Shown here piece after piece: positions 43,067 to 53,040 of a DNA stretch of 64,000 nucleotides (the first letter of the stretch is position 1; every line of letters starts with the position of its first letter). The notes under the pieces are model-generated. The model was given only the letters and a program-made list of their open reading frames with translations. It was not told the DNA's origin and did not search any database. A program made the translations under genes and the position numbers. The DNA comes from Planctomycetia bacterium. GTDB lineage: Bacteria; Planctomycetota; Planctomycetia; Pirellulales; JACPPG01. The stretch spans positions 32,907 to 96,906 of the forward strand of contig JACPPG010000038.1 of assembly GCA_016191115.1 (NCBI GenBank), read 5' to 3'.

Positions 43067-43236
43067 CTCGCTGCCAAGCATCGCACTTTTGTGTTCCGAG
43101 AGCGCCACCGTGCTCCTTGCACTCCGCGTCCTCGGCGTGCTCGGTGGCTAACTCCGTCGAAATGTGTCCCTCGCTGGCGCGACTGGCGCGTCGGGCTGGT
43201 GTTCGCGCGGCACGACAACGCTCCGCGTTTGCGGTG

Positions 43237-43393
43237 CAGGGCCGTTCACAGATTCAAGCTGGACGGCGGCGCAGCGGCGGGAAAGTGGGACAGGCACCGA
43301 GACGCAACGTTGGTCTGAAAGGGCTTGCGCTGTTTATGCTCGGAGCCAGTCCCATTTTCCCGCCTCGCCATTTTGAAAAACAGAATGGCCCTG
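43237..43393 (+). mobile_element. 157-bp CAGGGCC MITE, copy E (intact)
   Basis: CAGGGCCGTTC ... GAATGGCCCTG. Flanked by a perfect direct repeat GTTTGCGGTG at 43227-43236 and 43394-43403. Confidence 0.92.
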
Positions 43394-43600
43394 GTTTGCG
43401 GTGGGAACGCGGCAGGGATACGCTGTGGGCTATCACTCGACAGCGCGGGCACGATTTCGTGGCCGAGCAGATGCTGGCGAAGTTCAAGTGAGGGCGGCTC
43501 CGCCGGCGAACGAGGTCAACCGCCCCTCACCCGGCCCTCTCCCGCGAGGGGAGAGGGAGCTGTTGTTGGACGTGCTGAAATCAACGCAGCGGGATGGACC

Positions 43601-46600
43601 ATGAAGTCTGCGCAGCGTGTCCTGCGACTGGTCATCTTCGCACTCGTGTGGCGCTGCGCGATCGCTTGCGCCGATGCCGAGCCGCCCCAGACGGGGCCGG
43701 CCACGGAAAAGCGCTTCCCGCCCCTGGTGGTGCCCATGGGGTTCAAGGCGACGCTCTTTGCCTGCGACCCCTTGATCGAGTATCCGTCGGCGCTCTCGGT
43801 TGGGCCGCGGCCGGGCGCGATCTTTGTGGCGGTGGACTACATGACCGGCCTGGGGACGGACATCGTCCGCCGCAGCGAGGTGCGACTGGTCGAGGACACC
43901 GACGGCGACGGCTATGCCGACAGGGCGACTGTCTATGGCGGCGGTTTCAATTCGATCATGGGACTCGCCTATCACGGCGGCACTTTGTACGTGATGCACG
44001 CGCCGCTGCTGACGGCGCTGCGCGATGCGACGGGAGACGGCGTAGCCGACGAGCGAAAGGACCTCGTCGCCGGACTGGGGCTCACGCCCGAGCAGAACCC
44101 CGTGCGGCTGCATTGCGCCAACGGCGTCACTGTGGGGCACGACGGCTGGCTTTATCTGGCCCTGGGCGACCACGGCTGCGACGTGCGGCGGCCGGAAGGA
44201 GACCGGCTGGTTCTCGAAGGCGGCGGCATCCTCCGCTGCCGCGCCGATGGACGCGATCTGCACGTCTTCGCCACGGGCCTGCGCAATATCTACGACGTCG
44301 CCCTGGATGCCGAGCTGAACGTCTTTGTCCGCGACAACGAGAACGACGGAGGCGACTACAAGATCCGCGTCTGCCACAGCTTCTTCGGCGCCGACCACGG
44401 CTATCCGTACTTGTACCACGAGCGGCCCGCCGAGGCCCTGCGGCCGCTGGCCGATCTCGGGCTGGGCTCGTCGGCCGGCGGCGTCTGCTACCTGGAGCGG
44501 CAGTTTCCGGCCGTGTACCGCGGCGACTTGTTCTTCTGTGAGTGGGGGAAGTCGCTGGTCCGCTATCCGTTGCGCCGCGAAGGGAGCAGCTTCGTCTCGC
44601 CCGAGGAAAGCGAGTTTGCCGTCGGCGCGGAGGGCGATCCCTATGGGTTCAAGCCGACCGACGTCGCGGTCCAGCGCGACGGCACGCTCATGGTCTCCGA
44701 CTACGCCGACGGGCAACGGCCCAAGCGCGGCCGCGGGCGGATCTACCACATTGCGTACGTCGGCGATGCGGAGCCGAAGGCGTCGACGCCAACGCCGCGG
44801 CTCGGCGGGAGCCTCGCCCTTCCTCTTGGCATGCTCGATTCGGAAAGCTATTTCGAGCGGTGCGACGCGCAAGCGACGATCGAGCGCGGCGGCGACAAGG
44901 CGATCGAAGCGCTGATCGACGCGCTTGCTGCCGGACGCGTCGGTCCGGGCGGCCGGCTGCACGCGATTTGGATTCTGGCGCACGCGCAAGGCGCGGCGGC
45001 GATCGAGCCGCTGCTGGCGGTCGCCGGGTGCGATCCAGACCCGGCCGTCCGGGCACAAGCGGCGCGCGCGATAGCCGACCTGGCCGATCCGGTGCTCGCG
45101 CGCCATCGACTGGACGCCGGTCCGGGGGAGGCGGAGTTGGCAGCTCGCCTGGCTGCGTTGGGCAGCAAACAGGACGCTCGCGGCCGGCTTGAAATCATTG
45201 TCGCATTGGGACGGTTGCGATGGGCTGGTCTCGCGGATTGGCTGAAGGACAACCTGCAAATGCCCGATGCCGTGCAGTCTCACGGCGCTTTACAATCGCT
45301 GCGCCAGTCGCGTAACTGGCCTGCCATCCTCAAATGCCTCGATGCGGACGGCGATCCGCTGCGCGAGATCGCGCTACGCGCCGTGGCCCAGCAGTACGAC
45401 CTGGAACTGGTGGACGGCTTGCTCGCGCGGTTGGCGTGCGAAAAGGACCGGGCGCGCTTTTGCGAGTACGCCGACTGGCTGGCGCGCGTTTACAAGAAAC
45501 CAGGCCCTTGGGTGTACTGGGACTATCGACCGAAGCCGCGGCCGGCGAATCAGGTCGCGTGGGAACGAACCGAAGTGATTGCCGCCGCGCTCAACCGGAC
45601 CATGTCGCATGTCGACCCGGACGTGCGTCTGGCGGTGTTACAGCGGATGCAGCGCGAGAAGGTGCCCGTTGACCTTGAACCGATCGGTAAATGGCTCAAG
45701 GAAGAGAATGCCCCCCAGCGCATCACGGCGGTGCTGGATTTCTTGCGCGATCCGCCGGCGGGAGACGTGCGTCAACTCGTGGAGCCCGTCATTCGCAATC
45801 CGTCGGAGACCGTCGCCAACCGCCTGACGGCACTGAGCCTCTTGGCCGGAGGAATCGAAGAGGAACACGCCGACGCACTGATCGCGCTCGCCGAGAAACT
45901 GGAGGATGGGCCGATCCTGGCCGAGGCGCTGCGCCTGGCGACGAAGTATCCGAAGCTCGTGGCCGCGCCCTTGCTTGTCCGCAAGCTAAGTTCGGCAAGG
46001 CCCGAGGTCCGCGCCGCGGCCATCGAGACGCTGGGCGAGTTGCGGGCTGCCGCCGCGTGGGAGCCTCTCGCCGAGCTGCTGGCGGATGACGATCCGCAAG
46101 TCCGTCGCGCTAGCGCCACGGCGGCGGGCAAACTCCAGGAGCGGCGGGCGATCGAGCCACTTCTCAAGCGGGCCGCCGACGGAGACGCCCTTGTTCGCGC
46201 GGCGAGCCTGGACTCCCTCCGCGTGCTCAAGGAACCGCGCGCCGTACCGCTGGCTGTCGCCGCACTGGACGACCGGCAAACGGAACAAATCGCGCTCCTC
46301 TTGCTGCGCGATCTGGGCGGTCCCGAACAGGCCGGCGCAGTGGCTGATCTGGCAAAGCGCAATCCGTCCCTCGACGTGCTCACCGCGGCCGTGCAAGCGC
46401 TCACCGCCTGGCGGGATCGTCCTGAGACGTCGGCGCGAGCGCAGCAGGAGATGGACCTCGCGGTGGCGGAAATCCACGGCTCAAGCGGCAGCGTGGTCCG
46501 CTGGCGCGTAAGTGGTCCCACGGAGACCGCGGGAGGCGATCCCACGAGTGGCGACGAACCAGGCGATTCGCGCGTACAATTCGCCGCCGGCACCGAGGGT

Positions 46601-47377
46601 CGCATTGTGCTCGCGGCGAAGGGCGCCCCAAAGGGAAGCGGGTTTCAAACCTGGACAGAGATAGCCGTCGCCGAGCAGACCGACGTCGAGTTCCTCGCCT
46701 CGGCCGCGGGCAGCTTGGAACTGTGGCTCAACGGCCAGACGATCTATCGCCGCGCCAAGCCGCGGGATTTCCGCGTCGATTCCGATCGCCTTTGGGCCAC
46801 GCTGCCCGCGGGAACCAACCGGCTGGTGGCGTCGGTCGCGGCTGCGTCGCCGGAATCGCCCGTCGAATTCCATCTGCGCTTCCGCCGCCGCAGCGCCGTC
46901 GCCGCACACGAACGTCTCGCCGCAGCAGCCCTGGCAGAAAAGGGGAACGCCGAGCGCGGACGAGCTGTTCTCTTCAACGCCGAGAAGTCGCTCTGTCTCA
47001 AGTGTCATCGGGTGCTCGACCAAGGCGAGCGCATCGGGCCGGACCTGACGGGCGTCGGAAGCCGCTTCTCGCGAATCTATATCACTGAATCGATGCTGGA
47101 GCCCAGCCGCACGATCGCACCGAGCTACGGCACGTGGGTCGTGCAGCTCGCGAGCGGCAAAGTAGTCACCGGCGTCAAGGCGGCCGAGAGTGAAACCTCG
47201 CTGACATTGGCCGACAATGAGGGCCAAAAACAAGTCGTGCCGAAAAACGAGATCGACCAGCAGCAACCCTCGCCCGTCAGCATCATGCCCGAGGGCGTCG
47301 AGAAACGTCTGACGGAAGACGAGTTCGTGGACCTGATCGCGTTCCTGGCAAGCTTGAAGGAAACGAAATCGCCGTGA
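43601..47377 (+). CDS. PVC-type heme-binding CxxCH protein (membrane-bound dehydrogenase-like beta-propeller + HEAT repeats + C-terminal cytochrome c)
   Basis: ATG 43601 with signal peptide. GFKATLFACDPLIEYPSAL dehydrogenase-domain start. Repeated HEAT-like DPxVRxxA units. CLKCHRV near the C-terminus. Confidence 0.88.
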   Translation: MKSAQRVLRLVIFALVWRCAIACADAEPPQTGPATEKRFPPLVVPMGFKATLFACDPLIEYPSALSVGPRPGAIFVAVDYMTGLGTDIVRRSEVRLVEDTDGDGYADRATVYGGGFNSIMGLAYHGGTLYVMHAPLLTALRDATGDGVADERKDLVAGLGLTPEQNPVRLHCANGVTVGHDGWLYLALGDHGCDVRRPEGDRLVLEGGGILRCRADGRDLHVFATGLRNIYDVALDAELNVFVRDNENDGGDYKIRVCHSFFGADHGYPYLYHERPAEALRPLADLGLGSSAGGVCYLERQFPAVYRGDLFFCEWGKSLVRYPLRREGSSFVSPEESEFAVGAEGDPYGFKPTDVAVQRDGTLMVSDYADGQRPKRGRGRIYHIAYVGDAEPKASTPTPRLGGSLALPLGMLDSESYFERCDAQATIERGGDKAIEALIDALAAGRVGPGGRLHAIWILAHAQGAAAIEPLLAVAGCDPDPAVRAQAARAIADLADPVLARHRLDAGPGEAELAARLAALGSKQDARGRLEIIVALGRLRWAGLADWLKDNLQMPDAVQSHGALQSLRQSRNWPAILKCLDADGDPLREIALRAVAQQYDLELVDGLLARLACEKDRARFCEYADWLARVYKKPGPWVYWDYRPKPRPANQVAWERTEVIAAALNRTMSHVDPDVRLAVLQRMQREKVPVDLEPIGKWLKEENAPQRITAVLDFLRDPPAGDVRQLVEPVIRNPSETVANRLTALSLLAGGIEEEHADALIALAEKLEDGPILAEALRLATKYPKLVAAPLLVRKLSSARPEVRAAAIETLGELRAAAAWEPLAELLADDDPQVRRASATAAGKLQERRAIEPLLKRAADGDALVRAASLDSLRVLKEPRAVPLAVAALDDRQTEQIALLLLRDLGGPEQAGAVADLAKRNPSLDVLTAAVQALTAWRDRPETSARAQQEMDLAVAEIHGSSGSVVRWRVSGPTETAGGDPTSGDEPGDSRVQFAAGTEGRIVLAAKGAPKGSGFQTWTEIAVAEQTDVEFLASAAGSLELWLNGQTIYRRAKPRDFRVDSDRLWATLPAGTNRLVASVAAASPESPVEFHLRFRRRSAVAAHERLAAAALAEKGNAERGRAVLFNAEKSLCLKCHRVLDQGERIGPDLTGVGSRFSRIYITESMLEPSRTIAPSYGTWVVQLASGKVVTGVKAAESETSLTLADNEGQKQVVPKNEIDQQQPSPVSIMPEGVEKRLTEDEFVDLIAFLASLKETKSP

Positions 47378-47445
47378 GAGGGCCGTAGCGCACGCGGGGA
47401 GTCGGCCGCAGAGCAAAGGTTAGCGGCTCATCTAGCGACTCGCCG

Positions 47446-48504
47446 TCAGGCGCCGATCAGCTCTTGCACTTTGTCGGCCGGCAGGCCCACCGAGTCGGCT
47501 GTCGCCACGATCTGGCTCCAGGTCTTCTCGTCGAGCTCGATGCCGTTCTTGGTGCGCGCGGCGCGGGAGCGCTCTTCCGGCTCGCCGGGCATGAGGATTT
47601 CGCCGCCGGGCGCCACGGTGCGGGAGCTTTTCACGAACTCGATGTAGCGGCGGACCTCGGTCGCGAAGACGTCTTCGGCCTGGAATTTGCGCGGGTCGAG
47701 CAGGACGCTGAGCATTGCCTGCTCGAGCCGCGGCACGCCCAGCTTCGAGCAGCCGCCGCCGGTGAGCGCGCCGGCCAGCATTTCCACCATCACCCCCAGC
47801 CCATAGCCCTTGTGACCGCCGAAGGGCAGGATCGCGCCGGGCGGATCGGCATAGAAGACGCGCGGATCGGTCGTCGGCCGCCCCTCGGCGTCGATGATGG
47901 CGCCTGCGGGCACGTTGTGCCCCTTGTTGAAGGCGACGCGGATCTTCCCTTCGGCAATCGCGCAGGTCGAGATATCCACCAATAGCGGCGGACCACCGCG
48001 GACCGGCACGGCGATGGCGATTGGATTGGCCGACAGCCGGCGATCGAAGCCGCCGGTGGGCGCGACGAGAATCCCGCCGCCGGACGTGTTGACGAAGCAC
48101 AGTGAGACAAAGCCAGCCGCGGCTGCCTGCGCCGCCCATGCGCCGACGCGGCCGACGTGGCCCGAGTTGGCCAGCGCCACGGCGGCGATGCCGTGCCGCC
48201 CAGCCATTTCGATGGCCAGCCGCGTGACGTGCCGGGCCATGACCTGGCCGAAGCCAAGCTGCCCATCCACAAGCGCGATCGAATCGGTGGCCAGCGCGAT
48301 CTTCGGCTCGCGGTTCGCGAAGAGCTTACCTTCGCGGACCCATGCGATGTACGGTGGGATGCGGATCACGCCGTGCGAGTCGTGGCCGACCAGGTTGGCC
48401 TCGACCAGGTGCTCGGCGACGCAGCGAGCCTCATCGACGCGACAGCCCACGGCTTCAAAAATGGCGACGACCAAACGTTCGAGCGGTTGCTTGTGGATGA
48501 GCAT
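47446..48504 (-). CDS. Ldh family oxidoreductase (malate/L-lactate dehydrogenase family 2)
   Basis: EANLVGHDSHGVIRIPPY and GGHKGYGLGVMVEMLAG motifs. Confidence 0.88.
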   Translation of the reverse strand: MLIHKQPLERLVVAIFEAVGCRVDEARCVAEHLVEANLVGHDSHGVIRIPPYIAWVREGKLFANREPKIALATDSIALVDGQLGFGQVMARHVTRLAIEMAGRHGIAAVALANSGHVGRVGAWAAQAAAAGFVSLCFVNTSGGGILVAPTGGFDRRLSANPIAIAVPVRGGPPLLVDISTCAIAEGKIRVAFNKGHNVPAGAIIDAEGRPTTDPRVFYADPPGAILPFGGHKGYGLGVMVEMLAGALTGGGCSKLGVPRLEQAMLSVLLDPRKFQAEDVFATEVRRYIEFVKSSRTVAPGGEILMPGEPEERSRAARTKNGIELDEKTWSQIVATADSVGLPADKVQELIGA

Positions 48505-48683
48505 GGTTTAGGCGGGAGACTTGAGGGTGGAGGAACACGATGGCTGCCGCGTCGGGCGGGTGCGGGTGGCGGACAGTCCCTGCCCGGTGGAATTCGAGCA
48601 TCATACCGCAATTCTTCCGCTTTAGTACCGCGGTCCGTTCACAGCCAACGACACAACAAAGCGCCAACGTCGACGCCGTCGAG

Positions 48684-48840
48684 CGGGGCCATTCTGTTTT
48701 TCAAAATGGCGAGGCGGGAAAAGGGGACTGGCTCCGAGCATAAACAGCGCAAGTCCTTTCAGACGAACGTTGCGTCTCGGTGCCTGTCCCACTTTCCCGC
48801 CGCTGCGCCGCCGGCCAGCTTGAATCTGTGAACGGCCCTG
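48684..48840 (-). mobile_element. 157-bp CAGGGCC MITE, copy F (intact)
   Basis: The plus strand reads CGGGGCCATTCTG ... GTGAACGGCCCTG. Flanked by a perfect direct repeat CGCCGTCGAG at 48674-48683 and 48841-48850. 5 mismatches to copy E by manual alignment. Confidence 0.92.
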
Positions 48841-49007
48841 CGCCGTCGAGCGGGATGCGGGTATCGCCCTGAGTTAGGAGCTATAATTGGCCTGCTGGCG
48901 AGGCCGATCATGGTGCGCCAGAGCGGTTCCGCCGTCACGGAACACCGGGCGCTCAACTGACGTTGAGGCGGCACGTCAGAGCGTTCACCGCGTAGGAACT
49001 CCACCAC

Positions 49008-50435
49008 GTGCGCGTCGCGGTCATTGGTGCTGGACCGGCCGGGCTGACGGCGGCTCTTCAGTTGAGCCGCGGCGGCGGCGCGGACGTCGTCGTCTACGAA
49101 GCGGGCGACCGCGTGGGCGGGTTGTGCCGTTCGCTCGATTTGTGGGGACAACGTGTCGATCTCGGTCCGCATCGCTTTTTCAGCACCGATGCCCGCGTCA
49201 ATCGCGTTTGGCGGGAGGTCGTCGGCCGCGATTACAAACTCGTCACGCGCCGCACGCGGATCTACTACCAAGGCAAGTTCTTTCACTACCCGCTCAGGCC
49301 GTTCAACGCACTGGTGAACATGGGCGTTGGCAACGCGGTAGGGTGCCTGGCGAGTTACCTGAAGCACAAGGTGCAGCCGCACGTTTCGCCCCGCGACAAT
49401 CCCTCGTTCGAATCGTGGGCGGTAGATCGCTTCGGCCGGCGGTTGTTCGAGATGTTCTTCAAGTCCTATAGCGAGAAGCTGTGGGGCATACCTTGCGACC
49501 AACTCGACGCCGATTTCGCCGCCCAGCGAATCCGAAAGTTCTCACTGGGCGAAGCGATTAAAAGCGCCTTCTCGCCGCGCAACGGAGCGCGGCACCGGAC
49601 GCTCGCCGATTGCTTCGCCTATCCCGTCGCGGGAACCGGTTCTGTCTACGAGAAGATGGCCCACCGCGTGCGGGACCAGGGAGGGCAGGTCCAGTTGAAC
49701 TGTCCAGTGCAACGCGTCGCGCACGAGGATTCCCGCGTCACGGGTGTCGAGCTGGCCGACGGCCGTTGTGAGCCGTGCGACCATGTGATTTCCACGATGC
49801 CGTTGACGCTGCTCGTAAAGAGCTTGGGCCGGATACCAGCCAGCGTCGAGACGGCCGTCGCCGCCTTGCGATTTCGCAACACGATTCTCGTCTATCTGCA
49901 CGTCGACCATGAGTCGCTCTTTCCCGACCAGTGGCTGTACATTCACGCGCCCGAGCTCTCGATGGGCCGCGTGACCAATTTCCACAATTGGCTGCCGGAG
50001 CTATACGGAAACCATCGGACCACCATCCTGGCCGTCGAATACTGGTGTAACGAGGGCGACTCCCTGTGGGCCGAGTCCGACGAGCGGATGATCGAGCGCG
50101 CGACGCGCGAAATAGCGGCGACCAACTTGCTTCGACAGGCGCCGATCCTGGCGGGGCACGTGGTTCGCATCCCACGCTGCTATCCCATCTACGCCCGCGG
50201 CTACAAGACGCACGTCCAGCGCGTGGCCGACTACGTGCGGACTTTCCGCGGCCTCACGGCCATCGGGCGGTATGGCGCTTTCAAATACAACAACCAGGAT
50301 CACAGCATCCTGATGGGAATTCTCGCCGCCGAAAACCTTATCGACGACCGCCATCACGACCTGTGGGCTGTCAATACCGACCGCGAGAGCTATCAAGAAG
50401 AGGCGCTCGTCGTGAAAGCCGGTATGGCGGAATAG
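49008..50435 (+). CDS. NAD(P)/FAD-dependent oxidoreductase (amine-oxidase/UDP-galactopyranose-mutase-like fold)
   Basis: GTG start. VAVIGAGPAGLTAALQL ... VVVYEAGDRVGG dinucleotide-binding motif. Confidence 0.85.
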   Translation: MRVAVIGAGPAGLTAALQLSRGGGADVVVYEAGDRVGGLCRSLDLWGQRVDLGPHRFFSTDARVNRVWREVVGRDYKLVTRRTRIYYQGKFFHYPLRPFNALVNMGVGNAVGCLASYLKHKVQPHVSPRDNPSFESWAVDRFGRRLFEMFFKSYSEKLWGIPCDQLDADFAAQRIRKFSLGEAIKSAFSPRNGARHRTLADCFAYPVAGTGSVYEKMAHRVRDQGGQVQLNCPVQRVAHEDSRVTGVELADGRCEPCDHVISTMPLTLLVKSLGRIPASVETAVAALRFRNTILVYLHVDHESLFPDQWLYIHAPELSMGRVTNFHNWLPELYGNHRTTILAVEYWCNEGDSLWAESDERMIERATREIAATNLLRQAPILAGHVVRIPRCYPIYARGYKTHVQRVADYVRTFRGLTAIGRYGAFKYNNQDHSILMGILAAENLIDDRHHDLWAVNTDRESYQEEALVVKAGMAE

Positions 50436-50474
50436 TATTCGGGCGCCTCACGCCGAGCAGGCACGGCGCAGTTA

Positions 50475-52397
50475 CTAAGGGCGCGGCGCGCGGCGGCGCT
50501 GTTGCAACATCCAGGCCTCAAGCTGCGCGGCCAGTGACGCGTCCCCCTCCGATCGGGCCAGCTCCAGGGCCCTCTCGGCCGTGGCGATGGCTTCGGCGTC
50601 GCGCTGCGCCATCGCGTAGGCGAACGCCAGGTTGGCCAATGCGACGCCATCCGGCTTCAACGCAACCGCGCGTTCAAAATGCGCGATCGCGTCCTCGATT
50701 CGTCCGATGCTGGCCAAGGCGCTCCCGAGATTCATGTGCGCGTCGGCGAAGTCGGGCTCCAACTCCACGGCTCTTTGAAAATGGTCGATCCCTGCTCCGA
50801 TCCGGCCCGCCTGGGTCAAGGCGATTCCCAGGTTGTAGTGGGCGGCGGCGAAGTCGGGCTTGAGCCGCACGGCTTCCTGGTAGTGACCGAACGCCTCGCG
50901 CTGACGGCCCACTTCGTCGAGGGCCCGGGCCAGATTGAAGTGCGCATCGCTCGAGTCGGGCTTCCGCCGCAACGCCGCTTCGAATTGCTCGATCGCCTCC
51001 TGCTGCCGCCCGGCCACGGCCAGCAACGTCCCCGCGTTGTAGCACGCCATGAAGTTATCGGGCTGATGAACCGCCGCGTCGCGCCACAGGTCCAACTCGT
51101 CGTTGTACACGTTTGATCGGCGCAGGCTCAACAGACCAAAGACGGCGCCGACTACCACGACGCCGACTCCGGTCACGGCGATGGGTCCCCAGCCGGCAAG
51201 CCTCCGTTCCGTGCGCGCGTCGATCGATCGCGCGACGCGCTCCGCGAGTGCATAGCCTCCCGCGACCACCAGGGGAGCGATCGCGGCCAGTGGCAGGTAC
51301 ATCCGCCGCTCAGCGGCCACTTCGTTAGTCATCGGAATCAAGAACGTCGGCGACAAGACCATCAGCACGGAAGCACCGACAAACCCGGCCGCCGTGCGTC
51401 GCCAAACCAGCACGAGCGCGACCAGGCCCAGCGCTGCGGCGGCCAATAGCCACGGCCACGCGGCGGCCAACGTTTCGAAATAGGGCAATTCATATTGAAT
51501 CAGCAGCGGCCACGGCCAAAATGTCAGCTTGAGATACAAGATCAGGACTTTGGCTTGCGTCAACCACCAAGGAACGGCACGGACTGGGAGGCCGAAACCC
51601 GCTTCCGGGGTGTGGTGCCCGGAGAGGTAAATGCACAGCAGGGGAATCCACGCGGCGGCCAGGCCGAGATACAACGGCCAAGACGCCCGAAGAGCCCGGC
51701 GGAATGACCCGGTGATGAATGTCCGCTCGAACAACAACACCACGACCGGAGCCGACGCCATGACTTCCTTCGAGAGCATCCCCAACAGGCACGCCATCGT
51801 GGCCACCGAAAGCCACAGGGCCCGCCAGGCGGGCGCGGTTGCCGACCAGTACCGCAAGCTGGCAAAAAGCGTCAGCAGGTAGAACCAGCCCATCATCAGT
51901 TCCGTCCGCTGCGTTACATAATTAACGCTCTCCGTATTGACGGGATGCGCCGCCCAGACGAGCGCGGACGCGAACGATAAATACCCGGCGACGCGATCGA
52001 AGCGGTGCTGGAAATACCCCAGGCGCAGCGTCCGGTAGACAATCGCCCATAGCGTGCACGCCGCCAGCGCGTGCAGGATCATGTTGACGAGGTGGTAGCC
52101 CGTGGGGTCGAGCGCGCCGAAATAGTAATTGAGCGCCAGAGAGAGATTCACGACCGGGCGGGCCGAAGTGGGTATTCCCTTCGGCGGCGTAAGGGGACCG
52201 CCGCGATCCGACAAGTCGATGACAGGCCACACGCGACGGATCGACGGATTCTTCACCACGGTGTGCAAATCATCGAAGAAGAAAGGCGCGTGAACGGCCG
52301 TGCCGTAGATCGCGAGCACCACTCCGCCCAGGACTAGCGCGCCCACGAGTGCCGCCACCCGCGCGGACGCAGACCGTGGTGGCGGGTTCGTACCCAT
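50475..52397 (-). CDS. polytopic membrane protein with C-terminal TPR repeats (TMTC/PMT_2-like putative glycosyltransferase)
   Basis: About 11 TM helices, then at least 6 TPR units (AHYNLG.AL...G....AI..F..A). FFFDDLHTVVKNP N-terminal motif. Confidence 0.82.
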   Translation of the reverse strand: MGTNPPPRSASARVAALVGALVLGGVVLAIYGTAVHAPFFFDDLHTVVKNPSIRRVWPVIDLSDRGGPLTPPKGIPTSARPVVNLSLALNYYFGALDPTGYHLVNMILHALAACTLWAIVYRTLRLGYFQHRFDRVAGYLSFASALVWAAHPVNTESVNYVTQRTELMMGWFYLLTLFASLRYWSATAPAWRALWLSVATMACLLGMLSKEVMASAPVVVLLFERTFITGSFRRALRASWPLYLGLAAAWIPLLCIYLSGHHTPEAGFGLPVRAVPWWLTQAKVLILYLKLTFWPWPLLIQYELPYFETLAAAWPWLLAAAALGLVALVLVWRRTAAGFVGASVLMVLSPTFLIPMTNEVAAERRMYLPLAAIAPLVVAGGYALAERVARSIDARTERRLAGWGPIAVTGVGVVVVGAVFGLLSLRRSNVYNDELDLWRDAAVHQPDNFMACYNAGTLLAVAGRQQEAIEQFEAALRRKPDSSDAHFNLARALDEVGRQREAFGHYQEAVRLKPDFAAAHYNLGIALTQAGRIGAGIDHFQRAVELEPDFADAHMNLGSALASIGRIEDAIAHFERAVALKPDGVALANLAFAYAMAQRDAEAIATAERALELARSEGDASLAAQLEAWMLQQRRRAPRP

Positions 52398-52584
52398 AGC
52401 ATCCTTCGTGATCGTCCTCGTGACGAAGTCTTCCAGCGGCCACTACAAGTCGCGCGCCAGGTTTTGTTCGAGGAACCGTTTGGCAAGTGGCAGGCTGGGG
52501 CCGAGGAACAGCGAGCCACCAGACAGATGTGGCGTGGCGTCACCCCTCTTTACATCTACCCCATTTTAGGTCTTCAAACAAAGC

Positions 52585-53031
52585 CTAGTCGTTTGGCGGA
52601 TCAGGGCCATTCACCGATTCAAGCTTGCCGGCGGCGCACCGGCGGGAAAGTGGGACAGGCACCAAGACGCAGCGTTGGTATGAAAGGGCTTGCGCTGTTT
52701 GTGCTTGGAGCCAGTCCCATTTTCCCGCCTCGCCATTTTGAAAAACAGAATGGCCCTGGTTTGGCGGATCTAGGTAGTCGTCCAGCCTGGTCCTTTGCTT
52801 CTGGATCCGCTGGAGCATCTCGTGCGGGTGCTGAGCGTAATAGAGGCTCCGCGGCTTCTCGACATTCTCCTGGCTTGCGGCCAGTTGAGCCTCCAGCCGC
52901 TTTCGTTCGCGACGCTTCTTCGTCGCCAGCGTCAACGCCGCCGCCACTGCCACTAGCAACAACAACGTTCCCAGGCCGAATTGGAACCAGCGACGGCGCG
53001 GCGCCTGCTTGCCGATCTCATCTTCGGCCAT
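52585..53031 (-). CDS. small RWFQFGL-motif membrane protein whose 3' end reads through a MITE insertion
   Basis: MAEDEIGKQAPRRRWFQFGLGTLLLLVAVAA. Residues ~88-143 are encoded by MITE copy G plus one target duplication. The ORF ends at the original stop. Confidence 0.45.
   Translation of the reverse strand: MAEDEIGKQAPRRRWFQFGLGTLLLLVAVAAALTLATKKRRERKRLEAQLAASQENVEKPRSLYYAQHPHEMLQRIQKQRTRLDDYLDPPNQGHSVFQNGEAGKWDWLQAQTAQALSYQRCVLVPVPLSRRCAAGKLESVNGPDPPND
52602..52758 (+). mobile_element. 157-bp CAGGGCC MITE, copy G (intact, inside an ORF)
   Basis: CAGGGCCATTC ... GAATGGCCCTG. Flanked by a direct repeat GTTTGGCGGAT at 52591-52601 and 52759-52769. 10 mismatches to copy E. Confidence 0.92.
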
Positions 53032-53040
53032 GGTTCCGCG

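Noticed and set aside
48882-48887. Consensus TATAAT hexamer upstream of the FAD-oxidoreductase gene.
   Set aside because: There is no acceptable -35 at 16-18 nt. Planctomycete promoter consensus is poorly defined, so this is too weak to annotate.
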